From an uncultured Candidatus Poseidoniales archaeon (GTDB lineage: Archaea; Thermoplasmatota; Poseidoniia; Poseidoniales; Thalassarchaeaceae), in the NCBI GenBank assembly GCA_902593945.1, contig CACJKA010000001.1, positions 105,905-169,904 on the forward strand: DNA of 64,000 nucleotides. The letters run 5' to 3'. Below, piece after piece: positions 55,026-63,008 of this stretch. The position numbers and the translations under genes are program-made. Each line of letters begins with the position of its first letter. Positions within the stretch are counted from its first letter, which is position 1. The notes beneath the pieces are model-generated. The model worked only from the letters and a program-made list of their open reading frames with translations, had not been told where the DNA came from and did not search any database.

Positions 55026-56044
55026 TTATTTTGCTTCTCACAAAGTGATAATATTTTTTGACATCTTGTTTTGGATTCTAATCCTGTAATTCTTAATACT
55101 ACTCCCTTACTTGGTTGACCATATATTATCGCTGATTTTATTGGAGCAATTATGTGCAAGAATAACGGTGCTAAGTCTTCTTCACCATTTACAAGAATAA
55201 GTGTTGTTTCATTATTCTCTGTCCAATTATTGATTGCTCTTTTGCAAGATTCAAATAAAGATTTTGTTAGCATACCGGGTGGATTTGTACATTGAATTAT
55301 ATTATCATATAGAGACTGATCGATTTCTCTGTAGCCATCCCATTTCACCCTCTTTGTTTTCTCATCAATTATACCAATAGAAGCTGGAGAACCTACATTT
55401 TGTAATGCTCTAACCGTGACATCTCCTACACCAATAATAGGGGAATGGAAGTCTTCAAGAAAATTCAATGCATCATTAATAGCTACCGAATGATCCTCTT
55501 CTGGGCCCAGAAATAATTTACCAAAAGGGTCTTTTAACATCGATTCTACCTCTTTTGTCAAGTACAGATTTGATTTAAAATTCTCGTCTCTAATCCAAAA
55601 CTCACCATCCCTATTTATTGCGCCTTCTCTAATTCTTGAACTAGAGATAATTTCTCCGTCTTTAGATAAAGCATGAGATACTAAAATTATTGAGAGTGGC
55701 ATTAATCCACCCTCAATACGTTTTTCATTAATTATTTGACAAGTGGGGAGTGTTTCGCTGGTACAAAATATCTTAGTAGCTTTTTCGTGACGAATAGCAA
55801 TACCAAAATCATCTAATAATTCATGAAAAGTGATTCTAGAAGATTGGTCAGAAGAAAGATTTTGTTTTATTAATTCACACCTTTCTTTCCATAAAGAAAT
55901 TCTTGGATCTTTTTGCCGAACAATTTTATCTGACGAAACCCATATCTCAAGAATATCACAATTTGATAGGCAATAATTAATCAACTTCTGATGACCAATA
56001 TGGAAAAATTCGAAAGTGCCGCCAACAAGTCCGATACTACTCAT
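55022..56044 (-). CDS. Bifunctional CoA-synthesis fusion: archaeal-type phosphopantetheine adenylyltransferase (cytidylyltransferase fold) + DUF359/COG1909 GTP-dependent dephospho-CoA kinase domain
   Basis: N-terminus GLVGGTFEFFHIGHQKL (HxGH nucleotidyltransferase). C-terminal half IIGVGDVTVRALQNVGSPASIGIIDEKTKRVKWD matches the DUF359 pattern. The start is set at MSSIGLVGG (56044) because the ORF-track extension to 56152 runs into a structured-RNA locus. Confidence 0.75.
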   Translation of the reverse strand: MSSIGLVGGTFEFFHIGHQKLINYCLSNCDILEIWVSSDKIVRQKDPRISLWKERCELIKQNLSSDQSSRITFHELLDDFGIAIRHEKATKIFCTSETLPTCQIINEKRIEGGLMPLSIILVSHALSKDGEIISSSRIREGAINRDGEFWIRDENFKSNLYLTKEVESMLKDPFGKLFLGPEEDHSVAINDALNFLEDFHSPIIGVGDVTVRALQNVGSPASIGIIDEKTKRVKWDGYREIDQSLYDNIIQCTNPPGMLTKSLFESCKRAINNWTENNETTLILVNGEEDLAPLFLHIIAPIKSAIIYGQPSKGVVLRITGLESKTRCQKILSLCEKQNN

Positions 56045-56085
56045 TAATTGGCCAGAGAGATACATATGACTTGAGAACTGCGGAG

Positions 56086-56380
56086 AAAAAGTGTGCCCCA
56101 GGGTGTAACGGAACCTTTCACCGTACTTTCGTACTCTGGTTCCTGACCCCACCCTAGGACGTATGTTGGATTATGGGGTAGTCCCTAGAATCATCCCTTT
56201 CGGTCAACAGGGGACCTTACATAATCCATACCGCCTGTATTGCGCCAGAGGTCATCCTTAGAGGAATAATCTCTTCAATTATTCACAAATCGTCACTCTG
56301 GTCTTCGACAGACGGAGACCCAAATCTGTGGTACCGAGTTTCATCCTATCACCTCCGGCTGGGGGTTTTGTCAACTCGGT
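56086..56380 (-). ncRNA. GC-rich structured RNA; candidate multi-hairpin box H/ACA guide sRNA (family assignment tentative)
   Basis: By eye this stretch is about 55% GC in an AT-rich genome. Two consecutive minus-strand hairpins (56228..56164 and 56160..56092) fit the H/ACA plan. Each has a 9- or 11-bp lower stem, an internal pocket, a 5-6-bp upper stem, apical tandem G.A potential plus a GAAA loop, and ACA immediately 3' of the lower stem. The ACA lies 14 and 15 nt from the upper-stem base. A T5 run (56090..56086) follows. Two further hairpins upstream (56380..56333 and 56315..56231) are less canonical. Confidence 0.5.
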
Positions 56381-56468
56381 GTTGCCAGTTGGGTAGATAT
56401 TCTAAGAGATATTCATTCAATAACTCATCGATTGATGAAAGTTGGGGTTTTCTAATTAAAAAGTAATA

Positions 56469-59099
56469 TTACAAATTGATTGAACTGGTATTCTCATGGA
56501 ATCCTGTCTTCCTTGAAAGCAATCTTTCACCTATGATTGGATCACCATCAAATATAATTTGGGAAGAAAAATCAGGCCATTTTTCTATAGGCTGTGCTAA
56601 CCAACCAGAAAGTGAATGTGTTCTTCCAGGTAATGGAGGAGTGCTATATATTGAGGATTCGATTGCATCTAATAAGTCCAATAATGAGTCGGCAGCACTT
56701 GGCAATTCATCTCTTCCTCTACGGCCTCTGAGCCGACGGATAAGTAGGGAATAGATTTCTGGATTGAATCCAGGATGAGAGAGATTTTCTAATCCTGGGG
56801 CATTAGAGGATTCTCCAATAGGCCTTAGAACGAGAGCGGGCCAAGGATGTGCCTGAGAAAATAACCAGTCATTAGATTCTTCATCACTAAGAATTTTCAA
56901 TAATATATCAGATGAGATAGGAGCCCACCAATCATAAGGTAGTCTTTCTATAATGAGATTTAGTTCTTCTTTCGATAGTTCTCTTCCATCTATAGAATAA
57001 TTAACTAATGATGACCAAATCTTCAAATCATGATCTTTCGGAAGGCTCTGTGCTTTGAATAATATTTTTTCAAGTACCTTTTTGAAGTCTAAATTTGGAT
57101 TACGTCCCGAACTAAATAACCAAGATACACCTTGAAGAGCATCCAAAGATTTCTTTGGAGGTGAAGAGATCCATGCTTCTAGCGACCATTTAGTTAAATC
57201 ATCGTGAAGAGTCTCAGGGATCCATGCAGCATTAGTCAAAAATTGTGCAGCAACCCAAGATGTACCAGGGGAGGCTTCTATGAAATCAACAGCAGGACGT
57301 GTTCGAATTGTGGTTTTACTATCTTCTCTTATTTTTTGACCTAATCTTTCAGCGAAATAATCAAGAATTTCTTCATCTGCCTGATCTGCAAGTTCTGCAA
57401 TTCTGTCTAGAGGTATGTGATCAATATCAAATAATATTGACCATTCAATTGGCAATCTATCTCTTAATCGCTGCCATCTCGGCCACCTAGTTGCCTTCGG
57501 GGAAGCAATCCAAGCTGCTAAAGGATACCTTGCTTCCATCTGGTTTGCCCATTCCTCATTACCACTTGGATATTGAGAAATTGCGGATTTTACCATTGAA
57601 ATATATCCTGATTCTAATGCTTCAAATTTAGAGTTATAAGACCTATCCAAACCAATTAGTTTCCAAGGATTAATTTCTAAAGATATCGAATCATCATCAT
57701 TTTCTACAATATTTGGTAAACTATCAACCAATTTTAAAGAAATTGTTTCTTCATTAGAAGTTTTCAGCCTCAACCAAGGAAGTGGTCTAAGAATGTCGTT
57801 GTAGAGAAGATTTGAAGATTTTGTTATAGGACATGTCTTATCTTTAATCAAAATTCTTAATTTGGGATGAATTATGATAGAAGAGGTTGTAGATTCTGAA
57901 AAATTTTCATTTATCTCTAATACAAGAGGAGGGCGATCCTCATCTGAGATAACCCAACCAATTAATGATTCAAGTGCAAAATTTCCTAAACCTCTGGTGT
58001 CTAAATTTCTAATGTTAGATTCATCAATCGTGAAAGATTGACTTCCCCAGTCTCTTCTAAATTTTCTCCAAGTAGAATCATCAGTTCTAACTTTCCGAGT
58101 TGACATTATTCTATCCTTCAGAGACTGTACTCTTCTTTTTAATTCATTATCAGGAAGTCTAGGGTGTGCCTTTTGAATCCATATATCTAGAGAAGAGAGG
58201 GGGTAAGGATCTCCGATTAAGTCTAGACCGCCTAAATTTGCAATTACTAAAGAATTTATTCTAGTTGTTCGGATTAGCATAGTTCTGGAAAGACTATCAG
58301 GAAGTATAGCGACTATTGGAACTTTAGGCCTTATTTCTTGGCTTAATTTGTGACATTCACCTAAGACCCAATCTCCACGATGGAAAGTATTCTCGTTCAG
58401 AGGTGGTTTTTGTCTTGACTTAGGCATATCATACCAAGTTCCGAAAGTCATTGCTAATTGACTCATTTCATTTACCAAATTGGCTCTAATAATTCCGATT
58501 ACGGAAGATTGAGGAGAATATGTATCAATCTTACCTGGATCTATAGAGATTGGTGGAGCTTGAGTTAATTTCATACTCTTCAGATCAAACCATCTAGGAT
58601 CTTTTTCTTTGAATATAGCCCAATTCCAACGAACCCCCTCATTTCCTATGGAATCATCAGAATTATTTTCATAATCTGTAGGCCTATCCGGAATAAGGAC
58701 CATCGGGGACTTTGGGATTGAAGAAATTCCCATTAGAAGATTACTGCCGTCTTTATCTAAAATACAATATTTGCCAGGCAGAGATGGCAAAGGAAGTGCC
58801 TCCATAGCCCTAGATTTCTCATCCGATCTAATTCTATTCCATCCTAATTCAGTTAGATGTAGATAAGCGCCTCTGCTTCCAGCAACTAGATCACTGGAGA
58901 CTAGTCCCTCATTTCTTAATTTTCTTAGCTCTGCAGAAGCATGGGGAATCTGTAGACCAATATCTCTAGCTAAAACTGAAACAGTTGCTCCACCTTCTGA
59001 TAATCTATTTAGTAATCTACGGCGATACCTACTACGAATTTTTGTAGGTGTAGAAATAAAACTGAGAATAGGATCAAATTCGGAACCTTCTGACACCAA
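56469..59099 (-). CDS. Large (876 aa) protein with N-terminal winged-helix DNA-binding domain and uncharacterised body
   Basis: N-terminal RRRLLNRLSEGGATVSVLARDIGLQIPHASAELRKLRNEGLVSS... is an ArsR/TrmB-like wHTH pattern. The remaining approx. 780 aa are Trp/Pro/Leu-rich with no motif recognised. Confidence 0.6.
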   Translation of the reverse strand: MVSEGSEFDPILSFISTPTKIRSRYRRRLLNRLSEGGATVSVLARDIGLQIPHASAELRKLRNEGLVSSDLVAGSRGAYLHLTELGWNRIRSDEKSRAMEALPLPSLPGKYCILDKDGSNLLMGISSIPKSPMVLIPDRPTDYENNSDDSIGNEGVRWNWAIFKEKDPRWFDLKSMKLTQAPPISIDPGKIDTYSPQSSVIGIIRANLVNEMSQLAMTFGTWYDMPKSRQKPPLNENTFHRGDWVLGECHKLSQEIRPKVPIVAILPDSLSRTMLIRTTRINSLVIANLGGLDLIGDPYPLSSLDIWIQKAHPRLPDNELKRRVQSLKDRIMSTRKVRTDDSTWRKFRRDWGSQSFTIDESNIRNLDTRGLGNFALESLIGWVISDEDRPPLVLEINENFSESTTSSIIIHPKLRILIKDKTCPITKSSNLLYNDILRPLPWLRLKTSNEETISLKLVDSLPNIVENDDDSISLEINPWKLIGLDRSYNSKFEALESGYISMVKSAISQYPSGNEEWANQMEARYPLAAWIASPKATRWPRWQRLRDRLPIEWSILFDIDHIPLDRIAELADQADEEILDYFAERLGQKIREDSKTTIRTRPAVDFIEASPGTSWVAAQFLTNAAWIPETLHDDLTKWSLEAWISSPPKKSLDALQGVSWLFSSGRNPNLDFKKVLEKILFKAQSLPKDHDLKIWSSLVNYSIDGRELSKEELNLIIERLPYDWWAPISSDILLKILSDEESNDWLFSQAHPWPALVLRPIGESSNAPGLENLSHPGFNPEIYSLLIRRLRGRRGRDELPSAADSLLDLLDAIESSIYSTPPLPGRTHSLSGWLAQPIEKWPDFSSQIIFDGDPIIGERLLSRKTGFHENTSSINL

Positions 59100-59343
59100 T
59101 GACCCTCTCCGTAATCAACCACTTCAAAACTATGTATTAAATTATCTATATTAGTTACATTTTGTTACATATTTCTAGTGGAAAAATAACTAGTTCCATT
59201 TTAACACTAAAAAATAATATAGAAATCGTCTCGATTAGTGCAACTATATGTAACTAAACTGAACAATAAGTTGCAGAAGCGTTATATTACCCCCCGTCGC
59301 CCTACCTATATCGAACCGGCAGTCGAAGCCGATAGAATGAGAA

Positions 59344-59625
59344 GTGAGAATCATGGATACAAAAATAATTCGTGATTTGGTGAAAAAACACCTTTCTGAA
59401 AAACCCCGAAACACGGTTGAAATCAAAGATTGGTTATCAGAGAATATCCATTTAGAAGATAATTACGATATTGCAGCTATCTTAGAATCGGATCCAACAA
59501 TCATTAGAATTGGGAGAATTATGAAAAGTGGAGTCATTGGGAAAGAATACCCTCTGTCGGAATGGGCTACCGACGAATGGGTTTTACATCATGAAAGAAA
59601 ACAGCCCGAAGCTAATGGAGATTAA
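59344..59625 (+). CDS. Small wHTH-like protein, paralog A
   Basis: 93-aa ORF. KIIRDLVKKHLSEKPRNTVEIKDWLSEN... parallels the next ORF (RLRQKIKKFLDTKGEANTTEILEHVNST...). Confidence 0.5.
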   Translation: MRIMDTKIIRDLVKKHLSEKPRNTVEIKDWLSENIHLEDNYDIAAILESDPTIIRIGRIMKSGVIGKEYPLSEWATDEWVLHHERKQPEANGD

Positions 59626-59629
59626 AAAT

Positions 59630-59884
59630 ATGAGAACTACTAGATTAAGACAGAAAATTAAAAAATTCCTTGACACCAAAGGTGAAGCAAATACTACTGA
59701 AATATTGGAACATGTCAACTCAACTATGAGACATGGGACAACTCCTCAACAGTTAGGCAATGTGTTATCAAAAGATAAAGACATTATGAAAATTGCAACT
59801 ACCAAGCGTGGCGGTGCACTTTCTGGGCGTTATGAAATATGCGTATGGCAGTTACGCCCAGGCGCTCAAGAAAGGCAAGAATAA
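59630..59884 (+). CDS. Small wHTH-like protein, paralog B
   Basis: In frame with track ORF 59528..59884. I place the start at ATG 59630 (MRTTRLRQKIKKF...), 4 nt after the paralog A stop. This removes the overlap and aligns the two N-termini. Confidence 0.5.
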   Translation: MRTTRLRQKIKKFLDTKGEANTTEILEHVNSTMRHGTTPQQLGNVLSKDKDIMKIATTKRGGALSGRYEICVWQLRPGAQERQE

Positions 59885-59896
59885 ATTGGAAAATAT

Positions 59897-60907
59897 TTAT
59901 TTTTCTAGTTCTGAACTCCAATCTCCGGTTCTTGCTAGGCTATTCATCTTTGAACGATGCAAAAATACTGATTGGCTCCCCTCGTTGTCGCCAGAAGCCC
60001 ATGTTTTCAAAGCATTGGCTAATAATGCTCTACCAAATGAGTATGATAGTTGCCAAGGATGAACAACATCCATTGCATTCATCAAATTTAAGTGAGCAGT
60101 GGCATCTTCGTCAGACTGACCACCGGAGAGGAAGACAATACCAGGAAGACTATGAGGGACATTCTTTGTTAAACAATCAACGGTCATTTTAGCTACTTCT
60201 TCACGGGAAATTTGTTCAGAGCAGGAGTTACCAGAGATTATCATGTTTGGCTTAAGTAAAGCACCGGGCATATGGACACCTTGGACCTGGCACTCTGCAA
60301 AAGTAGCGGATAAAATCAACGAAGTAACATTATAACAAGTCTGAGCATCATGATCTCCTGCCATAATTACTTCTGGCTCAATAATTGGCACTAAACCTTG
60401 TTCTTGACATATCGATGCGTATCTAGCTAATGCATGGGCATTAGTCGAAATGCAAGCGGCCGATGGTTTACCATTTCCGATTTCTATTACTGCGCGCCAC
60501 TTAGCGAACCTTGCACCCATTGAGAAATACTCTTCACATCTGCCCCTTAATCCGTCAAGACCCTCGGTAATCTTCTCACCTTCATGATTTGCTAAATCTT
60601 TAGCTCCAGTATCTACCTTAATTCCAGGATACACACCTAAAGAAGTCAAAGCATCGGGAATACTCCTGCCATCTGGCATCTTTTGTCTTATCGTTTCATC
60701 GAATAAAATTACTCCACTAATGTATTTTTCATAATCATTTGTTGAGAAGAGATTTGCCCTATAGGCATTCCTTGTATCTGGTGATGCCGAGATCCCTACT
60801 GCCTCTAGCCTATTTGACATAGTTCCATTACTCTCGTCTGCAGCAAGAATTCCTTTACCCGCCGCAACTAGTTCACGTGCTGTTTTTTCAAGTAGTTGAG
60901 TATCCAT
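59897..60907 (-). CDS. fba: Class I fructose-bisphosphate aldolase (eukaryote/bacterial 'Glycolytic' family type)
   Basis: GKGILAADESNGTMSNRLE, ILFDETIRQ, PGIKVDTG, VFLSGGQS and the C-terminal SFGRALL pattern, typical of canonical class I aldolases. Confidence 0.9.
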   Translation of the reverse strand: MDTQLLEKTARELVAAGKGILAADESNGTMSNRLEAVGISASPDTRNAYRANLFSTNDYEKYISGVILFDETIRQKMPDGRSIPDALTSLGVYPGIKVDTGAKDLANHEGEKITEGLDGLRGRCEEYFSMGARFAKWRAVIEIGNGKPSAACISTNAHALARYASICQEQGLVPIIEPEVIMAGDHDAQTCYNVTSLILSATFAECQVQGVHMPGALLKPNMIISGNSCSEQISREEVAKMTVDCLTKNVPHSLPGIVFLSGGQSDEDATAHLNLMNAMDVVHPWQLSYSFGRALLANALKTWASGDNEGSQSVFLHRSKMNSLARTGDWSSELEK

Positions 60908-60970
60908 ATACTAACCTCATGCTAACGTGAAGGCTATAGGAAATGAAGGCATCGCTTTAGCATTCCAAAA

Positions 60971-61921
60971 TCAAGTATCATGAGAGCCTTGAATAAATTT
61001 ATGAATTCCGTTCGATACGTCAATAACTTCAGATTCAACAAAATATTTCCCATTTGCTAGAGTTACCCCCTTTGTACGCCCTGAACAAACTCCGGTCCCT
61101 ATAAACAATGCATCATCAGAGGAACATAGGTCATCTCTATGCCACAATCTTTCAATATCACCATCGATCATTTCCTCTGCTCTAGCCCTATGTCCTTCAT
61201 TCTTGAAGACTAGACGGCCCTGGAAGGGAGCATTCAGACCCCTCAAGGCCGTGGCTGTGATTACTCCTTCGGGTGCTGCCCCAATACCCATCAATAAATC
61301 AATTTCAGATTTAGGGTCTGCTGCATTCAAAGCTGCAGCAATATCTCCATCGCCGATCAAAACGACATTTACCGATAAATCCTTTAGTTCCTTAATTAGT
61401 TCATTATGACGTGGACGATCCATGACAACAACATTTAGAGAATTAATTGGTTTATCTAAAGCATTTGAAGTAGCCTCAATATTATAAGAAGTAGAGGCAT
61501 CTAGAGAAATTTCGCCCATTAACTCCGCAGAACCTGAGATTTTATTCATGTAACAATCAGGTGCATGTAATAGAGTACCTCTCGGTGCTGCTGCTAGTAC
61601 CGCCATAGCATTAGGCAAATTGTAAGCCACATGATTAGTACATTCGAGAGGGTCTACTGCAATATCAATTGCAGGAGAACTAGCATCTCCTTGTAATGAC
61701 CCTAATGGTTCACCAATCCACAACATTGGAGCATCATCTCTCTCGCCTTCCCCAATTGCAACACGCCCATCAAACGGGACAGTATCAAAAACTGCTCTCA
61801 TCGCTTCGACTGCAGCTCCGTCTGCCGCTTTACCATCTCCCTTCCCAATCCATTTTGATGCTGCAATTGCAGCAGATTCTGTGGCTTGAAGAAAATATTT
61901 CTCTAAATCAGCAGTTGCCAT
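60971..61921 (-). CDS. glpX: Class II fructose-1,6-bisphosphatase (GlpX type)
   Basis: QATESAAIAASKWIGKGDGKAADGAAVEAMR and DPLECTN (metal site) match the GlpX pattern. The start is set at MATADLEKYF (61921); the ORF track allows 61939. Confidence 0.9.
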   Translation of the reverse strand: MATADLEKYFLQATESAAIAASKWIGKGDGKAADGAAVEAMRAVFDTVPFDGRVAIGEGERDDAPMLWIGEPLGSLQGDASSPAIDIAVDPLECTNHVAYNLPNAMAVLAAAPRGTLLHAPDCYMNKISGSAELMGEISLDASTSYNIEATSNALDKPINSLNVVVMDRPRHNELIKELKDLSVNVVLIGDGDIAAALNAADPKSEIDLLMGIGAAPEGVITATALRGLNAPFQGRLVFKNEGHRARAEEMIDGDIERLWHRDDLCSSDDALFIGTGVCSGRTKGVTLANGKYFVESEVIDVSNGIHKFIQGSHDT

Positions 61922-61946
61922 ATGACTTCGGAGTAGCAATCAGCAT

Positions 61947-62441
61947 TCAATTATGTTGGTCCCCTTTGCTCTTTTTTATAACTTGGACATTATTAATTCT
62001 AGATTCAGGATATTGCCCATCTGAATCTTTCTCAATAGATTTCAACATATCCCATGCGCACAATAGTCCTGCATTAACTCCGCATAATGCTTCCATCTCA
62101 ACTCCAGTCCTCCAATGTGTTCGAACTGTGACTGTGCATCGCAGATTGCGGCCTTCAATACCCCATTCTACTGAGCAACCTTCGATTGGAATGGTATGAC
62201 AATGTGGTAAAATTCTTGGAGTTTCTTTCACCGCTTGAATTGAGGCAATGGTTGAAATTTCTCTAACATCTCCTTTTTTTGAACGACCTTTTACTGCATT
62301 GATTCCAGAAGATGATAATTCCAAGACTCCTGTCGCAATAGCCTCACGGAAAACTATATCTTTACTACCAACATCAACAATAGCAGACCATGAATTTTCC
62401 AATTCATCGATACTCATGTAACCTTCGGAGTTAGTACTCAT
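61947..62441 (-). CDS. moaC: Cyclic pyranopterin monophosphate synthase MoaC
   Basis: VDVGSKDIVFREAIA..., HTIPI and TGVEMEAL are conserved MoaC segments. Confidence 0.9.
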   Translation of the reverse strand: MSTNSEGYMSIDELENSWSAIVDVGSKDIVFREAIATGVLELSSSGINAVKGRSKKGDVREISTIASIQAVKETPRILPHCHTIPIEGCSVEWGIEGRNLRCTVTVRTHWRTGVEMEALCGVNAGLLCAWDMLKSIEKDSDGQYPESRINNVQVIKKSKGDQHN

Positions 62442-62477
62442 TATTCAGATAAACGGAAGTTAAATCTGGAATAAAAA

Positions 62478-62906
62478 TCATCCAAGTCCCGGTTTCCAAA
62501 TTTCACCATCGGATCTTACTTCTTTTTTCCATAAAGGTGCTTGCAATTTAAGCTGATTAATCAACCAAGAACAAGCTTCGAAGCCAGCCTTTCTATGTTT
62601 TGAACCGACATGTATGCAGACTATAGGCTCAGAAGGTTCTACTGCGCCAACCCTATGTGCAACTAAAACCGATTTAACACCAAATTTCTCAATAGAAGTT
62701 TTTGCAATATCTGATAGTACATGATTTAGTTTATTTTCCCAAGCATCAAATTCAAGTCTCTTGACGGTAATTCCATTATCTTCTCCTCTTGTTAGTCCGA
62801 CAAAAGAAACGATACTTCCACAACCTTCGACATCCATTAAAGAACGAAGAAAGTTCGGATCGAGGTTTTGATCTTCTATCCTAATGATTACTTCCTTTTC
62901 TGACAT
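62478..62906 (-). CDS. moaE: Molybdopterin synthase catalytic subunit MoaE
   Basis: GSIVSFVGLTRGE..., VAHRVGAVEPSEPIVCIHVGSKHRKAGFEACSWLINQLKLQAPLWKKE. The start is set at MSEKEV (62906), which leaves a 102-bp divergent promoter gap. Confidence 0.85.
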   Translation of the reverse strand: MSEKEVIIRIEDQNLDPNFLRSLMDVEGCGSIVSFVGLTRGEDNGITVKRLEFDAWENKLNHVLSDIAKTSIEKFGVKSVLVAHRVGAVEPSEPIVCIHVGSKHRKAGFEACSWLINQLKLQAPLWKKEVRSDGEIWKPGLG

Positions 62907-63008
62907 CTCAGTAACCCTCTTCTGAACTACCCGAAGACAAATTATCGGATGAACTCTTTGATTACAAATAACCAAACCTTTCAAACAATATACCCCATAC
63001 GCAAATGC

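Noticed and set aside
56045-56152. N-terminal 36-codon extension of the PPAT-DPCK ORF (MGSGTRVRKYGERFRY...)
   Set aside because: It overlaps the structured-RNA hairpin and its T-run. The nucleotidyltransferase fold starts right at MSSIGLVGGTFEFFHIGH, so the extension is most likely a read-through artefact of ORF calling.
56086-56400. SRP (7S) RNA or RNase P RNA as the identity of the approx. 300-nt GC-rich RNA
   Set aside because: The size fits. However, neither strand contains the near-universal SRP helix-8 elements (GNAR loop followed by AGCA; no AGCA on either strand). Neither strand contains the RNase P CR-I/CR-V signatures (GGAAAGUCC, ACAGAA..GGCUUA). The hairpin-ACA architecture fits H/ACA better.
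59173-59202. ORB-like motif TTCTAGTGGAAAA (close to the mini-ORB core TTCCAGTGGAAA) plus nearby CTAGTTCCATTTT as a second replication origin
   Set aside because: There is only one good copy. The second element is not a true inverted copy, sharing just a 5-bp TGGAA/TTCCA symmetry. The site is 4.7 kb from orc1/cdc6 and lies in a divergent promoter region, so it is more simply promoter or operator sequence.
59528-59629. Upstream part of ORF 59528..59884 overlapping the preceding small ORF in another frame
   Set aside because: The internal ATG at 59630 removes the 98-nt overlap. It also aligns the N-terminus with the upstream paralog, so the longer form is unlikely.
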